A stretch of 64,000 nucleotides of DNA, taken from sequence record PV740454.1; one strand, 5' to 3'. Below are positions 8,988 through 18,666 of this stretch, piece after piece. The number at the start of each line of letters is the position of its first letter. Position 1 is the first letter of the stretch. The notes under the pieces were generated by a model. It was given only the letters and a program-made list of their open reading frames with translations. It was not told where the DNA came from and did no database searches. A program made the translations under genes and the position numbers.

Positions 8988-9428
8988 ATGATTACGTTAA
9001 TACAAGACCAAAACTCTCTTCAATTCATGTTAAATGATGAACTGTTGCTATCTGCAACATGGGAATCATACATCGATCAAAACTATAACTGCGAAGTATT
9101 CAAGACTGCTATCGTCGAAATACCTTCTCTATCATGCACTATCGTGCGTGAAGAACATTATGCAGAATCACTTATTCGAACGCTTCTAATGCAACGTGAG
9201 CTTTATCACGACGACTTCCACACGATTATTGACTTATTCCCTCACGTTAAGCTTGAACAAGAGCACAATGATTGGTATTGTGACTGTTGTGGGGGTGTAC
9301 ATGATGTCTGCACAACAATCACAAACAATCAAAGTAACAAACAGTTAGATTTTTTCCACGATGACCACTTTGGTCGCGGCAATTCGATCATGCCGCATCA
9401 ATTACTTGAGTTCTGTCTAGATGTTTAA
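8988..9428 (+). CDS. hypothetical protein, possible metal-binding (CDCCG, HDDH)
   Basis: ORF tiling. Confidence 0.65.
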   Translation: MITLIQDQNSLQFMLNDELLLSATWESYIDQNYNCEVFKTAIVEIPSLSCTIVREEHYAESLIRTLLMQRELYHDDFHTIIDLFPHVKLEQEHNDWYCDCCGGVHDVCTTITNNQSNKQLDFFHDDHFGRGNSIMPHQLLEFCLDV

Positions 9429-9795
9429 CCCACGTGTGCTCGTATGTGGCGGTCGTAAATTTTCAGACAGAAAACTTGTTTATGCTGCGTTAGATAAGCT
9501 ATACAATAGCAATTATATAGGTCGCATGACTATTATCGAGGGTGGCGCGTTAGGCGCTGACCGACTTGCGCAAGATTGGGCGAATCAAGCGCATATCGAT
9601 GTTGATTTAATCACGTGCGAAGCTGAATGGGATAAGTATGGCGATTCTGCGGGCTATCGACGTAACACTGACATGGCTAATCTCAAGCCAGACATCTGTT
9701 TGGCATTTAAAGGGGGTCGTGGCACTCAGAACATGATAGACATTTGTCGCGAACGTTCAATAAAAGTGCATACAATCAATTGGAAATATAGATGA
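9421..9795 (+). CDS. SLOG-superfamily protein (DUF2493/YspA-like)
   Basis: VLVCGGRKF, IIEGGALGAD, AGYRRN, AFKGGRGT motifs. Confidence 0.8.
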   Translation: MFNPRVLVCGGRKFSDRKLVYAALDKLYNSNYIGRMTIIEGGALGADRLAQDWANQAHIDVDLITCEAEWDKYGDSAGYRRNTDMANLKPDICLAFKGGRGTQNMIDICRERSIKVHTINWKYR

Positions 9796-9806
9796 GGAAA
9801 ACATAA

Positions 9807-11072
9807 GTGGGATTGACAAATTGCCAACAAGGTGCAATGGATGCATTTCTTAACGACGACGGGAATATGACTATTTCTGGACCCGCTGGTTCTGGTAAGA
9901 CATTCTTAATGAAGTCTATTCTTGAAGCATTGAACTCTCAAGGCAAGAACGTCGTCATGGTGACACCAACTCACCAAGCAAAGAACGTACTACACAAAGC
10001 GACTGGTCAAGATGTATCGACTATTCACAGTCTGTTGAAGATACACCCAGACACATACGAAGACCAGAAGCACTTCAAGCAAGCTTGTGAAGTTGAAGGG
10101 CTAGACGAAATCGATGTGCTTGTTGTCGAAGAAGCAAGTATGGTAGACAACGAACTGTATGACATCACTGGTAGAACTATGCCACGTAAGTGTCGCATAC
10201 TTGCAGTTGGCGATAAGTATCAGCTACAACCAGTTAAGCATGAGCCTGGTGTTATCTCACCATTCTTCACTAAGTTCAAGACATTTGAAATGAATGAAGT
10301 TGTGCGACAAGCGAAAGACAACCCATTGATTCAAGTTGCAACTGGTGTTCGTAACGGTGAGTGGTTGCGTACAAACTGGTCTAAAGAACGTCGTCAAGGC
10401 GTGTTGCATGTGCCAAACGTGAGCAAAATGCTAGACACATACTTGAGCAAAGTGAATTCACCGGAAGATTTGCTCGACTATCGCATTCTGTCGTACACAA
10501 ACGATTGTGTTGATACATTCAATGGGATTATCAGAGAACACGTCTACAACACGACTGAGCCGTTTATTCCAAATGAATATCTCGTGACTCAGATGCCAGT
10601 CATGGTATCAACTGGCAAGTATCCTGTTTGTGTCATCGAGAATGGTGAAGTTGTTAAGATACTCGACGTTCGACAAAAGACAATCGACGGTATGTTGCCG
10701 AAAGTAGACAACGAATCGTTTGATGTTGCTGTGCTGACAGTAGAGAAAGAAAACGGGACTGTGTATGAATTCACAGTGTTGTGGGATGATCTACAGAAAG
10801 AACGCTTCGCTCGTTACTTGTCTGTTGCTGCTGGCACTTACAAGTCTATGCGTGGCAATACTAAGCGTTACTGGCGTGCGTTCTGGGGCTTGAAAGAGCA
10901 GATGATTGAAACTAAGTCTCTTGGTGCATCAACGATTCACAAGTCTCAAGGTACAACAGTCAAAGGCGTGTGCTTGTACACTCAAGACATGGGATTTGCA
11001 GAGCCAGAGATATTACAACAGCTAGTGTATGTTGGTCTGACTCGCCCGACTGATTGGGCATTGTACAATTAA
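9807..11072 (+). CDS. dda: Dda SF1B DNA helicase
   Basis: GPAGSGKT, TPTHQA, STIHS, VEEASM, GDKYQLQPV, TIHKSQG, YVGLTR motifs; T4 Dda size. Confidence 0.92.
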   Translation: MGLTNCQQGAMDAFLNDDGNMTISGPAGSGKTFLMKSILEALNSQGKNVVMVTPTHQAKNVLHKATGQDVSTIHSLLKIHPDTYEDQKHFKQACEVEGLDEIDVLVVEEASMVDNELYDITGRTMPRKCRILAVGDKYQLQPVKHEPGVISPFFTKFKTFEMNEVVRQAKDNPLIQVATGVRNGEWLRTNWSKERRQGVLHVPNVSKMLDTYLSKVNSPEDLLDYRILSYTNDCVDTFNGIIREHVYNTTEPFIPNEYLVTQMPVMVSTGKYPVCVIENGEVVKILDVRQKTIDGMLPKVDNESFDVAVLTVEKENGTVYEFTVLWDDLQKERFARYLSVAAGTYKSMRGNTKRYWRAFWGLKEQMIETKSLGASTIHKSQGTTVKGVCLYTQDMGFAEPEILQQLVYVGLTRPTDWALYN

Positions 11073-11085
11073 TTGCAAAAAGTCG

Positions 11086-11126
11086 TTGACAACTGCGTTG
11101 AGAGATCGTATTATTCTCTCAACGCA
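11086..11126 (+). promoter_or_regulatory. early promoter with -10 in loop of a 12-bp inverted repeat
   Basis: TTGACA-17-TATTAT; TGCGTTGAGAGA/TCTCTCAACGCA flank the -10. Confidence 0.75.
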
Positions 11127-11146
11127 AACAAAAAGAGAAAATTAAC

Positions 11147-11455
11147 ATGAAACTTAAAAATTTGTTCGACAATGCAGTCATTCTCGCTCAAGAAGCAAAG
11201 TCAAAGCCTAAGATCACTGCATCTGTGCTGTTAGCTGTTCTTGCATTAGGTTATGGTGCGTACACTCGTGTTCCTGCTATCGCATCGTGTACTTGGACTG
11301 CTGTTATCGATCAGTCAGTGCCATGGGACTTGTGGCGACACAACATGTGGAACAACAACTGTCAGTATTACAATGGTACACGTTGGATTGACTTGAAGAA
11401 AGTCATGGATGTTGGTGCTGGTAACGCTGAAGAACTAGAAGATCTAGCACAATGA
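11147..11455 (+). CDS. membrane-anchored hypothetical protein
   Basis: One hydrophobic segment, Cys/Trp-rich C-terminus. Confidence 0.7.
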   Translation: MKLKNLFDNAVILAQEAKSKPKITASVLLAVLALGYGAYTRVPAIASCTWTAVIDQSVPWDLWRHNMWNNNCQYYNGTRWIDLKKVMDVGAGNAEELEDLAQ

Positions 11456-11625
11456 TCGTAGCAACTGCTGAAGAAGTTCAAGAATACTTAGACAAAGCGA
11501 GTGCATGGTTATGCACTCCGTCTGGTCGCATGTTCAGCGATTGCAAGTCTGTTGCTAAGACTGCATACGCTGAAGCACTTGCAAACGTCGATGGCAAGAC
11601 AATCTACAATTTGAGACAAAACTGA
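11452..11625 (+). CDS. small hypothetical protein (57 aa, not in ORF track)
   Basis: ATGA overlap with previous stop. Confidence 0.55.
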   Translation: MIVATAEEVQEYLDKASAWLCTPSGRMFSDCKSVAKTAYAEALANVDGKTIYNLRQN

Positions 11626-11691
11626 TTTTTTAACAGTATCGTAACGTAATAAACGTATACATGAGATAAATACATAAGAGAGTGAAATATT

Positions 11692-12453
11692 ATGAGTATT
11701 GCAACAACATCTGGTCACCGCTTTGGTATGTTGGTAAGATCTATCACATCTGGCTTACATGGTACCGTTATTGGTATCACACAGTGCATCGCAGGGTGCG
11801 AACTGCTTGAAGTTAAGACAAAAGACAGTAAAAATGTCACGAAAACACACGTTTTCAGCTCAAAGCTGGTAGAAATTGTCAATTCTGATAAAGTTGATGA
11901 GTACGAAGCAATCTTTGCTAAGACAAACACAACTATGCCTATTCGTCTTGGCGATGAAGTTGAAGACACTGTTTCTGAAGCGAAAGGCATCGTGACTGAA
12001 ATTCAATACTCAGTAAATGAAGCACCAAACGTTCTAATGGTTAAACCATACTCAGAGCATGAAACGAATATTTATGCATCTGCACGTGTGATTAGCTGTA
12101 AGAAAACTGGTCACTCTATTCACGATAAGATTCTGAACAATCGCAACAAACGTGAGCGTGATGAACTTAAAGTTGAACTGCTTCAAAAAGCTCGATGCAT
12201 GGCAACTGGCGCAGAAGGTTTAGTTACTGCTGTGTTCAATCAAGCAAACGGGACAGTATCAGTTGGCATTCAGCCAGTGAGTAAAGAAGGTCGTCTTCTT
12301 GATACACACTACACTGATATTGAATTAGTAGAAATCATCACTGAAGAGCCTAAGAAGATCGTACAACCAGAGAAAGCTAAGCTTAAAAAGTCTGGCTGTA
12401 TGCGTTCGCATGAACTATCTTCTATGCAACGACGTGGTATGCATACAGTGTAA
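11692..12453 (+). CDS. protein with three tandem SH3/Tudor-like beta repeats
   Basis: Repeats FGMLVRSITSGLHGTV, LGDEVEDTVSEAKGIV, LLQKARCMATGAEGLV. Confidence 0.55.
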   Translation: MSIATTSGHRFGMLVRSITSGLHGTVIGITQCIAGCELLEVKTKDSKNVTKTHVFSSKLVEIVNSDKVDEYEAIFAKTNTTMPIRLGDEVEDTVSEAKGIVTEIQYSVNEAPNVLMVKPYSEHETNIYASARVISCKKTGHSIHDKILNNRNKRERDELKVELLQKARCMATGAEGLVTAVFNQANGTVSVGIQPVSKEGRLLDTHYTDIELVEIITEEPKKIVQPEKAKLKKSGCMRSHELSSMQRRGMHTV

Positions 12454-12506
12454 AAATAAAGAGCGTTACATATGTTGCACGTGTGCAATGCACAAGGAAG
12501 CACATT

Positions 12507-12977
12507 ATGAAGTTCGCATCAATATTAATTACGTTAGCTACAACAATACCGCTAATAGCGAATGCTCATATACACCAAGACTGGATGACTGTTCACAGAG
12601 TAGACGTCCGCACGCATGAAATTATACATACAGCAAGCACGAACTCATTTAATCGACTTGCTGTACTCACTATTGACTGTGGGAAAAGCATAACGCTGTT
12701 CGAAACACGCAAATATGCTAACTCACCAATCACTGGTGAAGTGTGGTACTCATTGGACGAGAAACCGCTTGTATACGTGAGTAAAGATCTCATTCATCGT
12801 GATGCTAACGTTACAACGTACGTTGGTAATGTCGATGACGCAATCAATAACCTGAAGAATGCAAGCACACTCAAGTATGTGTTGAGCACAGGTGAGGGAG
12901 TGTCTTACTCGTATAACTTCAGCTTGGAAGGGATATATGAAGCATATTCAGCATTAGGTGAACTATGTGAGTGGTAA
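12507..12977 (+). CDS. exported protein
   Basis: Signal peptide ending ANA; C-terminal FSLEG..EA motif. Confidence 0.65.
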   Translation: MKFASILITLATTIPLIANAHIHQDWMTVHRVDVRTHEIIHTASTNSFNRLAVLTIDCGKSITLFETRKYANSPITGEVWYSLDEKPLVYVSKDLIHRDANVTTYVGNVDDAINNLKNASTLKYVLSTGEGVSYSYNFSLEGIYEAYSALGELCEW

Positions 12978-12980
12978 GCA

Positions 12981-13499
12981 ATGAAAATTATATTCTTGGA
13001 CATAGACGGTGTTCTGAATAACAGTTTGGAAGCTGATAAGCACACGGAAGTGCTCTTAAACGATGAGTATTATGGATTTTACTCACCGCGCTGCGTTGAA
13101 CTGCTTAATAAGCTAGTCAAAGAGACTGGTGCTAAGATTGTCCTGAGTAGCACATGGCGTCATGGCGTAACAATTGAAGAAATCAATCAGTTGTTCACTA
13201 ACATGGGCGTTGAAGCTGAGTGCATCGGGAAGACTGATGACTTAGACAGACAATACAAATGGGCATTTCGTGGTAATGAAATACTAAAATGGATTCACGA
13301 TAACGAAGAGCGTGTTGGCAAACGATATGCGTTTACAAGTTATGTCATCTTAGATGATGATACCGACATGCTGTTCTGGCAACGCAACAACTATGTTAAC
13401 TGTGATCCTGATATTGGTATGACTGATCGCGTAGTCTACAAAGCAAAAGCAATACTAATGAAATCGCAATGCGAAGACGTTGGTCAAGAATTTAGTTGA
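12981..13499 (+). CDS. HAD-family phosphatase (Swiss-army-knife RNA-repair type)
   Basis: IFLDIDGVLN, IVLSSTWR, YVILDDD motifs. Confidence 0.8.
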   Translation: MKIIFLDIDGVLNNSLEADKHTEVLLNDEYYGFYSPRCVELLNKLVKETGAKIVLSSTWRHGVTIEEINQLFTNMGVEAECIGKTDDLDRQYKWAFRGNEILKWIHDNEERVGKRYAFTSYVILDDDTDMLFWQRNNYVNCDPDIGMTDRVVYKAKAILMKSQCEDVGQEFS

Positions 13500-13557
13500 C
13501 AGAACTAATCAAAACTGTAATAATCATTCAAAATCATGACAAAATGGGGAGTCCAAC

Positions 13558-14589
13558 ATGTCACATGCAATCTTTATCGGTCGCTTTCGACCATTCCACA
13601 ACGGTCATCTATCTGCAATCACTCAAGCATTCGAAGCACTTGAGTTAGAAACGATGACTATCTTAGTCGGTAGCTCTAATCGACATCGTTCAGTGAAGAA
13701 TCCATTTACTTTCGAAGAAGTATCTGAAATGATTCGCGACTCACTGCCAGATGAACTAAACTCAAAAGTAATTCTTGCACCTCTTGGCGATCATGCTAAA
13801 GACGATGTATGGCAATCAGAAGTTCGTATGCTTTCTGGTGATATCATCCCAGCTACTCACATCGTTGGTTATGACAAAGATGAAAGCAGCTATTACTTAA
13901 AGCTGTTCCCTGAACTGAAACTATATCAACCAGAGCCTGTTATGCTGTACAACAAAACTATCTCAGCAACAGACTTTCGTGATCTGTACTTCAGCGAAAT
14001 CTTAATGAATCATCCAACTGTAGCATTACTGCCGCGTGGCACAATTGATTTTCTTGAACGCTGGTCTAAGACTGAGTTATTCACTGACATGAAAGCTGAG
14101 TACGACAAATCTGTCGAAGAGATTGGTAAGTTCTTAGACTATCCATACGATGGTCATTTGAATATCGCATGTGCTGATAACGTCGTCACTTGTGCTGGTC
14201 ACGTGCTACTTGGAACTCGTAAGCATAACCCAGGCAAGAACTGCTTAGCTCTACCTGGCGGTCACAAATCAGACAGCGAAACGTTCTTAGCTGCTGCACT
14301 GCGTGAGCTGAAAGAAGAAACATGCATCAAAGTACCAGAGAAAGTGCTGCGTGGTTCGCTAAAAGGTGAGAAGATGTTCGACGACCCGAAACGCTCTTAC
14401 CCACACGCTCGTATTTCAATGGCGTATCACTACGATATTGAACTGAATCATGACGGCTCATTCCCTAAAGTGAAACCTGCTGATGATTTAGTCAAAGTCG
14501 AGTGGGTTGCACTAAGCGATGTTCGTAAACTACAGCATCTATTGTACGATGATCATTACCAAATGATTCAGTACTTCACTGGTATCTAA
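13558..14589 (+). CDS. natV: bifunctional NMN adenylyltransferase / Nudix hydrolase (NadM-Nudix)
   Basis: IGRFRPFHNGH, KNPF, ISAT; Nudix box LPGG...AALRELKEET; DH.Q.I end. Confidence 0.9.
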   Translation: MSHAIFIGRFRPFHNGHLSAITQAFEALELETMTILVGSSNRHRSVKNPFTFEEVSEMIRDSLPDELNSKVILAPLGDHAKDDVWQSEVRMLSGDIIPATHIVGYDKDESSYYLKLFPELKLYQPEPVMLYNKTISATDFRDLYFSEILMNHPTVALLPRGTIDFLERWSKTELFTDMKAEYDKSVEEIGKFLDYPYDGHLNIACADNVVTCAGHVLLGTRKHNPGKNCLALPGGHKSDSETFLAAALRELKEETCIKVPEKVLRGSLKGEKMFDDPKRSYPHARISMAYHYDIELNHDGSFPKVKPADDLVKVEWVALSDVRKLQHLLYDDHYQMIQYFTGI

Positions 14590-14627
14590 CTAATCAAATG
14601 GGGCATCACTGCCCCAGTGAGGACTAT

Positions 14628-14900
14628 ATGAATATCAATCTACTCATTCGCAATGAAGTAAAGAACAACAAAAGCCGTTACGCTACAGTCTATGACATCA
14701 TGGAAGATATGCTTGAGAAGTATCCACAAGCACGCATGTCAGCTAAAGCAAACGACGGTACAATGAAAAACAGCACACTACGTCGTGAAATCTCTCGTGC
14801 TCTTGATAACTCAAGCACATGGGAACGCATAGGTCAAACTGATGGTGGCCATAAACTTTATCGTCGCATCGACGGCAATACTCTGGAGCAATTTGTATGA
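14628..14900 (+). CDS. hypothetical protein, possible winged helix
   Basis: GAGGA SD; helical core with C-terminal wing-like GGHKLYRR. Confidence 0.55.
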   Translation: MNINLLIRNEVKNNKSRYATVYDIMEDMLEKYPQARMSAKANDGTMKNSTLRREISRALDNSSTWERIGQTDGGHKLYRRIDGNTLEQFV

Positions 14901-15244
14901 AAGCATTTCGCATCAACACAAAAGTCGTTGGCTTAGCTATCTTAGAAGGCGATATCTTTGTTCAAAGCCCATTCGATGAATCAGTGTTCGTCATTGCTCG
15001 TGTACCATCACGACCTGGCACTAACATTGCGCTGATCAACGAGTTTAGACACCTGTATGATGAAATCACAGTGACTAAAGAAGAAGTACCAGAACTGGTT
15101 GAGTACTGGAAGAAGCAAGTCGATGCTAACATTCAATCGCTCGGGTTGTTTCGTCAGTCACTACTCGACCAACGTCGCTCAATCGATGACCAAATCCAAC
15201 AAACTGAATTGACCATCGAAAAACTCAAACAATTTGGCGAATAA
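14897..15244 (+). CDS. hypothetical protein, C-terminal coiled coil
   Basis: ORF tiling. Confidence 0.7.
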   Translation: MKAFRINTKVVGLAILEGDIFVQSPFDESVFVIARVPSRPGTNIALINEFRHLYDEITVTKEEVPELVEYWKKQVDANIQSLGLFRQSLLDQRRSIDDQIQQTELTIEKLKQFGE

Positions 15245-15299
15245 CGCTTGAGTTTGTCAATGTCATGTGCTACTGTACATGCATTGACGAGGAAAATAT

Positions 15300-16007
15300 A
15301 TGAAACTAACAGCAAACTTAATCTTTGATGCACTGAAAGACATTCGTGGTGAGTTCACGACACGCGATCTCGTAGAAAAATGCATTGACATGAACGATGA
15401 AATGTATAAAGCTAAGCTTGAACAAAGCGATAACGATGTCGTAGTTGCAATGAAACGCATCTATCAACACATTGCATCTGACCTATCAGAATCAGTTCGA
15501 GAAGGTAATCGACTTCAACCGAAACTCGCTGAAGAAAATCTAATGCTTGTGTCTGGTGAGAGTCGTGGCACTTACATCATCATTGCAATGCATCAAGAAG
15601 ATTCAAACGATGAAGTTGAGTTCAATCGTTCTGTCGTGATTCGTGAGTCAGAAAGTTCAATGACGAAAATTGAACTGAATCGAATCAAACAACAAAAGCT
15701 TATCATGAATGACATCAACGACATCATGAAGTGGAAAAACTCTGACTTCTCTATCGAATGGGATCATGCTCAAGCTCTTGCTGATAACGGTAAACATCAT
15801 CCCGATAATGGTCAGTTGATTACACGTCAACGCAATCGCACAAAAAATGCGAAATCAATGAAACGCATGACATACAAAGAACAATGCGTCTATCTAATGA
15901 ATGTAGTTGATTTCTACTTGAATGATAGATTCATCGACGATGAAGACGCTTTTATTATGAAAATGAATGTCGCTGCTCGTCTGAAAATACTTGAGGAATA
16001 CTACTAA
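15300..16007 (+). CDS. hypothetical protein, possible N-terminal winged helix
   Basis: GAGG SD; FTTRDLV helix pattern. Confidence 0.6.
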   Translation: MKLTANLIFDALKDIRGEFTTRDLVEKCIDMNDEMYKAKLEQSDNDVVVAMKRIYQHIASDLSESVREGNRLQPKLAEENLMLVSGESRGTYIIIAMHQEDSNDEVEFNRSVVIRESESSMTKIELNRIKQQKLIMNDINDIMKWKNSDFSIEWDHAQALADNGKHHPDNGQLITRQRNRTKNAKSMKRMTYKEQCVYLMNVVDFYLNDRFIDDEDAFIMKMNVAARLKILEEYY

Positions 16008-16630
16008 TGAATCCATACGACTTAGTGAGAAAAATGCAAAAAGTTGTTCACTCATGCACTACAGTTGAACAACTACTCAATGCAAGAAAGTATCTGTTAC
16101 GCTGTCACACTTACGCGCAAGAGCAATCAGATCAAGCATTCCTCGTGATTGTAACTGAAATTGATGAGCTAGACGAGCGCATCACCAATAAGATTGTTGA
16201 ATTGTCTGACACTCGCGGGATGATGGCAATTGAAACGGGCGTTATCAAAGTTGGTATCGATATTCATGGTGTAATCGATCAAGCACCAGAGTTCTTCGCG
16301 CTACTGAGTAAGCTACCAGTCGAAGTTCATATCATCACTGGTATCAAGAAAGAGCTTGACACTGATGTGCCAGACGACTTAGAGTATGATCATTGGTTTA
16401 GCATTCATCAAGAGTGTGAAGACCGTGGTATCGAAATCAAATATGATGAGAAACAACGCCCATGGGTTGCTGATGAGATTTGGAACAACATGAAAGCAGA
16501 ATACTGCAAGAAGAATCACATCAATATCATGATAGATGACTCACCAACGTATGCTAAAACATTCGAAGGTCTTGATACTTTCTATCTGCAACTCACCAAC
16601 GTTGTTCGTGATGAATGGAGACGAAAATGA
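16007..16630 (+). CDS. HAD-family (5'-nucleotidase-like) phosphatase with N-terminal extension
   Basis: VGIDIHGVID motif I variant, IITG motif II, MIDDSP motif IV. Confidence 0.65.
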   Translation: MNPYDLVRKMQKVVHSCTTVEQLLNARKYLLRCHTYAQEQSDQAFLVIVTEIDELDERITNKIVELSDTRGMMAIETGVIKVGIDIHGVIDQAPEFFALLSKLPVEVHIITGIKKELDTDVPDDLEYDHWFSIHQECEDRGIEIKYDEKQRPWVADEIWNNMKAEYCKKNHINIMIDDSPTYAKTFEGLDTFYLQLTNVVRDEWRRK

Positions 16631-16851
16631 AACCAGTCACTGAAGTACTACACGAGATTATTGTAATGGCTGAAGATATACATCAATGCGTTGTGGCAGT
16701 CGTTCACGAACGATATGAAGGGTGTTGGTACTCGATTAAAGAATGCGTGTACGATAGAGAGAAACGTCATTACGAATTGGTTGTGTACGTCGATGGTAAG
16801 AACGTCGATTGTATTGTGACTCTACACGAACTAGAAGGAAGACGCAAATGA
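16627..16851 (+). CDS. small acidic paralog family, member 1
   Basis: SIKECVYDREKRHYELV motif. Confidence 0.6.
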   Translation: MKPVTEVLHEIIVMAEDIHQCVVAVVHERYEGCWYSIKECVYDREKRHYELVVYVDGKNVDCIVTLHELEGRRK

Positions 16852-17063
16852 ATAGCGCAGCGATAATGCAAGATTACATGCAACTCAAAGAAGCATTGAT
16901 TTATATGCTCGATGATATGTTTGACGGCATGGGTCACATCGACCACATAGAGTACTTCGAAGACGAACAGATGTGGGATATTCAATACTATGATGGTAAT
17001 GAACTGCATGAAGTATCGGTAACTACTATCGCTCTTGATCATTGGATGGACAAAAACAAATGA
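16848..17063 (+). CDS. small acidic paralog family, member 2
   Basis: HIDHIEYFEDEQMWDIQ motif. Confidence 0.65.
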   Translation: MNSAAIMQDYMQLKEALIYMLDDMFDGMGHIDHIEYFEDEQMWDIQYYDGNELHEVSVTTIALDHWMDKNK

Positions 17064-17251
17064 CAAACTACTGTATCTACCACGAAGAACTAAAGTCAAT
17101 CTTGGAACTGCATATCAATAACGTCATCAAAGTAACTGCTGTGTTCGGCAGTGTCGGTGATGCGTATCGTGTACTATATGATGGTGAGTTTGATAAGAAA
17201 GGGTTCGTTGTTCGCGAAATGGCACAACTACGCTTGAAGGAATCCAAATGA
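17060..17251 (+). CDS. hypothetical protein
   Basis: ATGA overlap tiling. Confidence 0.6.
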   Translation: MTNYCIYHEELKSILELHINNVIKVTAVFGSVGDAYRVLYDGEFDKKGFVVREMAQLRLKESK

Positions 17252-17481
17252 ACATCGAACAAACAATGAAGAACTACTCACGGATTATAACTGCAATCCA
17301 TAAACTGTTAGTTCTTAAACCTTACCAAGACATCTATGACATCGAATACGATGAAGACAGACTTCTATTCGAAGTCACCATCGTAACTGAAACACATAAC
17401 GGAACAGAATACGACGACGCTAAGATAACTGTTCAACTACTTGAAGACTACATGATGAGGAATCCACATGAAACTGCCTGA
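17248..17481 (+). CDS. small acidic paralog family, member 3
   Basis: DIYDIEYDEDRLLFEVT motif. Confidence 0.65.
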   Translation: MNIEQTMKNYSRIITAIHKLLVLKPYQDIYDIEYDEDRLLFEVTIVTETHNGTEYDDAKITVQLLEDYMMRNPHETA

Positions 17482-17638
17482 ATACCTAAGTCACATTTCA
17501 GTTAAAGAAAACGTAATCACTATCGACTCAGCACGCGATAAAGTATTAGTTGTTGAGTTTCTTACTGCATCAAAAGCTAAGTTCCATATCGTTCAAAAGA
17601 CCGTTAGTCGTTGCGAAATTCATGTGAAGAGAATCTAA
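17468..17638 (+). CDS. small hypothetical protein (56 aa, not in ORF track)
   Basis: GAGGA SD; fills gap. Confidence 0.55.
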   Translation: MKLPEYLSHISVKENVITIDSARDKVLVVEFLTASKAKFHIVQKTVSRCEIHVKRI

Positions 17639-17639
17639 T

Positions 17640-18170
17640 ATGACAGAACCAACACTTACTAACTGGAACGAGCTTAAAGACAATAGCTTAGTGTATCGTA
17701 TCAATAACGAAATACTACACCCAATGGGATATGCTGCTGTACTCAATACCGAAACTGGTACGAGTGATCGCGTGCTCAAAACAGATAAGTTTGAATTCCC
17801 AGTCGATGTACACGACAAACATAAAAACAATGTCACTATGTCTGGGCTACTCGCGACTCATAAAGCTGTTGAAGCTCAAATCGCTGCTAAGTTCGGACTA
17901 GATGAATTATGGCACAATGTAATCGATAAAACAGATTGGTATTTCACGTGCGACGAAGAAGTAATAGAAGAGTCATACGAGTTTGTATTCGCCAAAACAC
18001 TCGATGAACTCGAAGCAGAAGACTACTACTCTATTGAAGTATACGGAACATCTATCTGGCGCTCAACTGATAAAGAATACTTCTTAGTAGTTGGTAACGA
18101 CGGTTGTGGCAATCAAGATATGTATCTGTTCTCGGCAAGCAATCTCGTAAAAGAAATAGAAATTTATTAA
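17640..18170 (+). CDS. hypothetical acidic protein
   Basis: ORF tiling. Confidence 0.7.
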   Translation: MTEPTLTNWNELKDNSLVYRINNEILHPMGYAAVLNTETGTSDRVLKTDKFEFPVDVHDKHKNNVTMSGLLATHKAVEAQIAAKFGLDELWHNVIDKTDWYFTCDEEVIEESYEFVFAKTLDELEAEDYYSIEVYGTSIWRSTDKEYFLVVGNDGCGNQDMYLFSASNLVKEIEIY

Positions 18171-18172
18171 AC

Positions 18173-18249
18173 AAAAGGGTTGACACATGTCAGCCCTTTT
18201 TTGTATTATAGCTACATCAAAACGAAACACGAAAAAGGAAAACATTATG
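18173..18249 (+). promoter_or_regulatory. terminator-fused early promoter/leader cassette
   Basis: GGGTTGAC-ACAT-GTCAGCCCTTTTTT; TTGACA-18-TATTAT; AAGGAAAACATT-ATG. Confidence 0.85.
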
Positions 18250-18471
18250 AACATCAACGACACTATCAAACAAGTTATCGCATACCGTGCTACTGAAGAA
18301 GGTAAACATGCTCATATCGCTGTATACCCTCGTAACTTCTTTCTTCAATCACCTTCAGTTCTTGTATGGCACCCAGAACAAGATAACAAAGATGTCGCTA
18401 TCTCTGAACAAGAACTTAAAGAATGGCGCGCTGCCGCTCGTGTTCATAAATTCATCGACATCGTTAAGTAA
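18247..18471 (+). CDS. hypothetical protein
   Basis: Cassette ATG. Confidence 0.7.
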   Translation: MNINDTIKQVIAYRATEEGKHAHIAVYPRNFFLQSPSVLVWHPEQDNKDVAISEQELKEWRAAARVHKFIDIVK

Positions 18472-18480
18472 GGATTCATT

Positions 18481-18657
18481 ATGATTTCAACAATCGCTGC
18501 TATACTAATAGCGTTCATGCTACTCGTGCTGGTAGTCAATGAGTTCAAAAACTTTCTAGATGATGACACCCGCGCTTACATAATCATTACAGCAACTGCT
18601 CTTGCAATCACTAATGCATATGCTGTTTTCAAACTAGAACACTATCTCATACCATAA
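18481..18657 (+). CDS. small 2-TM membrane protein A (58 aa, not in ORF track)
   Basis: AAGGA SD; MISTIAAILIAFMLLVLVVNEFKNFLDDDTRAYIIITATALAITNAYAVF. Confidence 0.65.
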   Translation: MISTIAAILIAFMLLVLVVNEFKNFLDDDTRAYIIITATALAITNAYAVFKLEHYLIP

Positions 18658-18666
18658 GGATAGACC

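Noticed and set aside
13541-13557. AAAATGGG(G)AG shared upstream of natV and nadV as an NAD-responsive operator
   Set aside because: The same AAAATGGG string occurs before unrelated genes (about 25190 and 46621); best read as an SD context.
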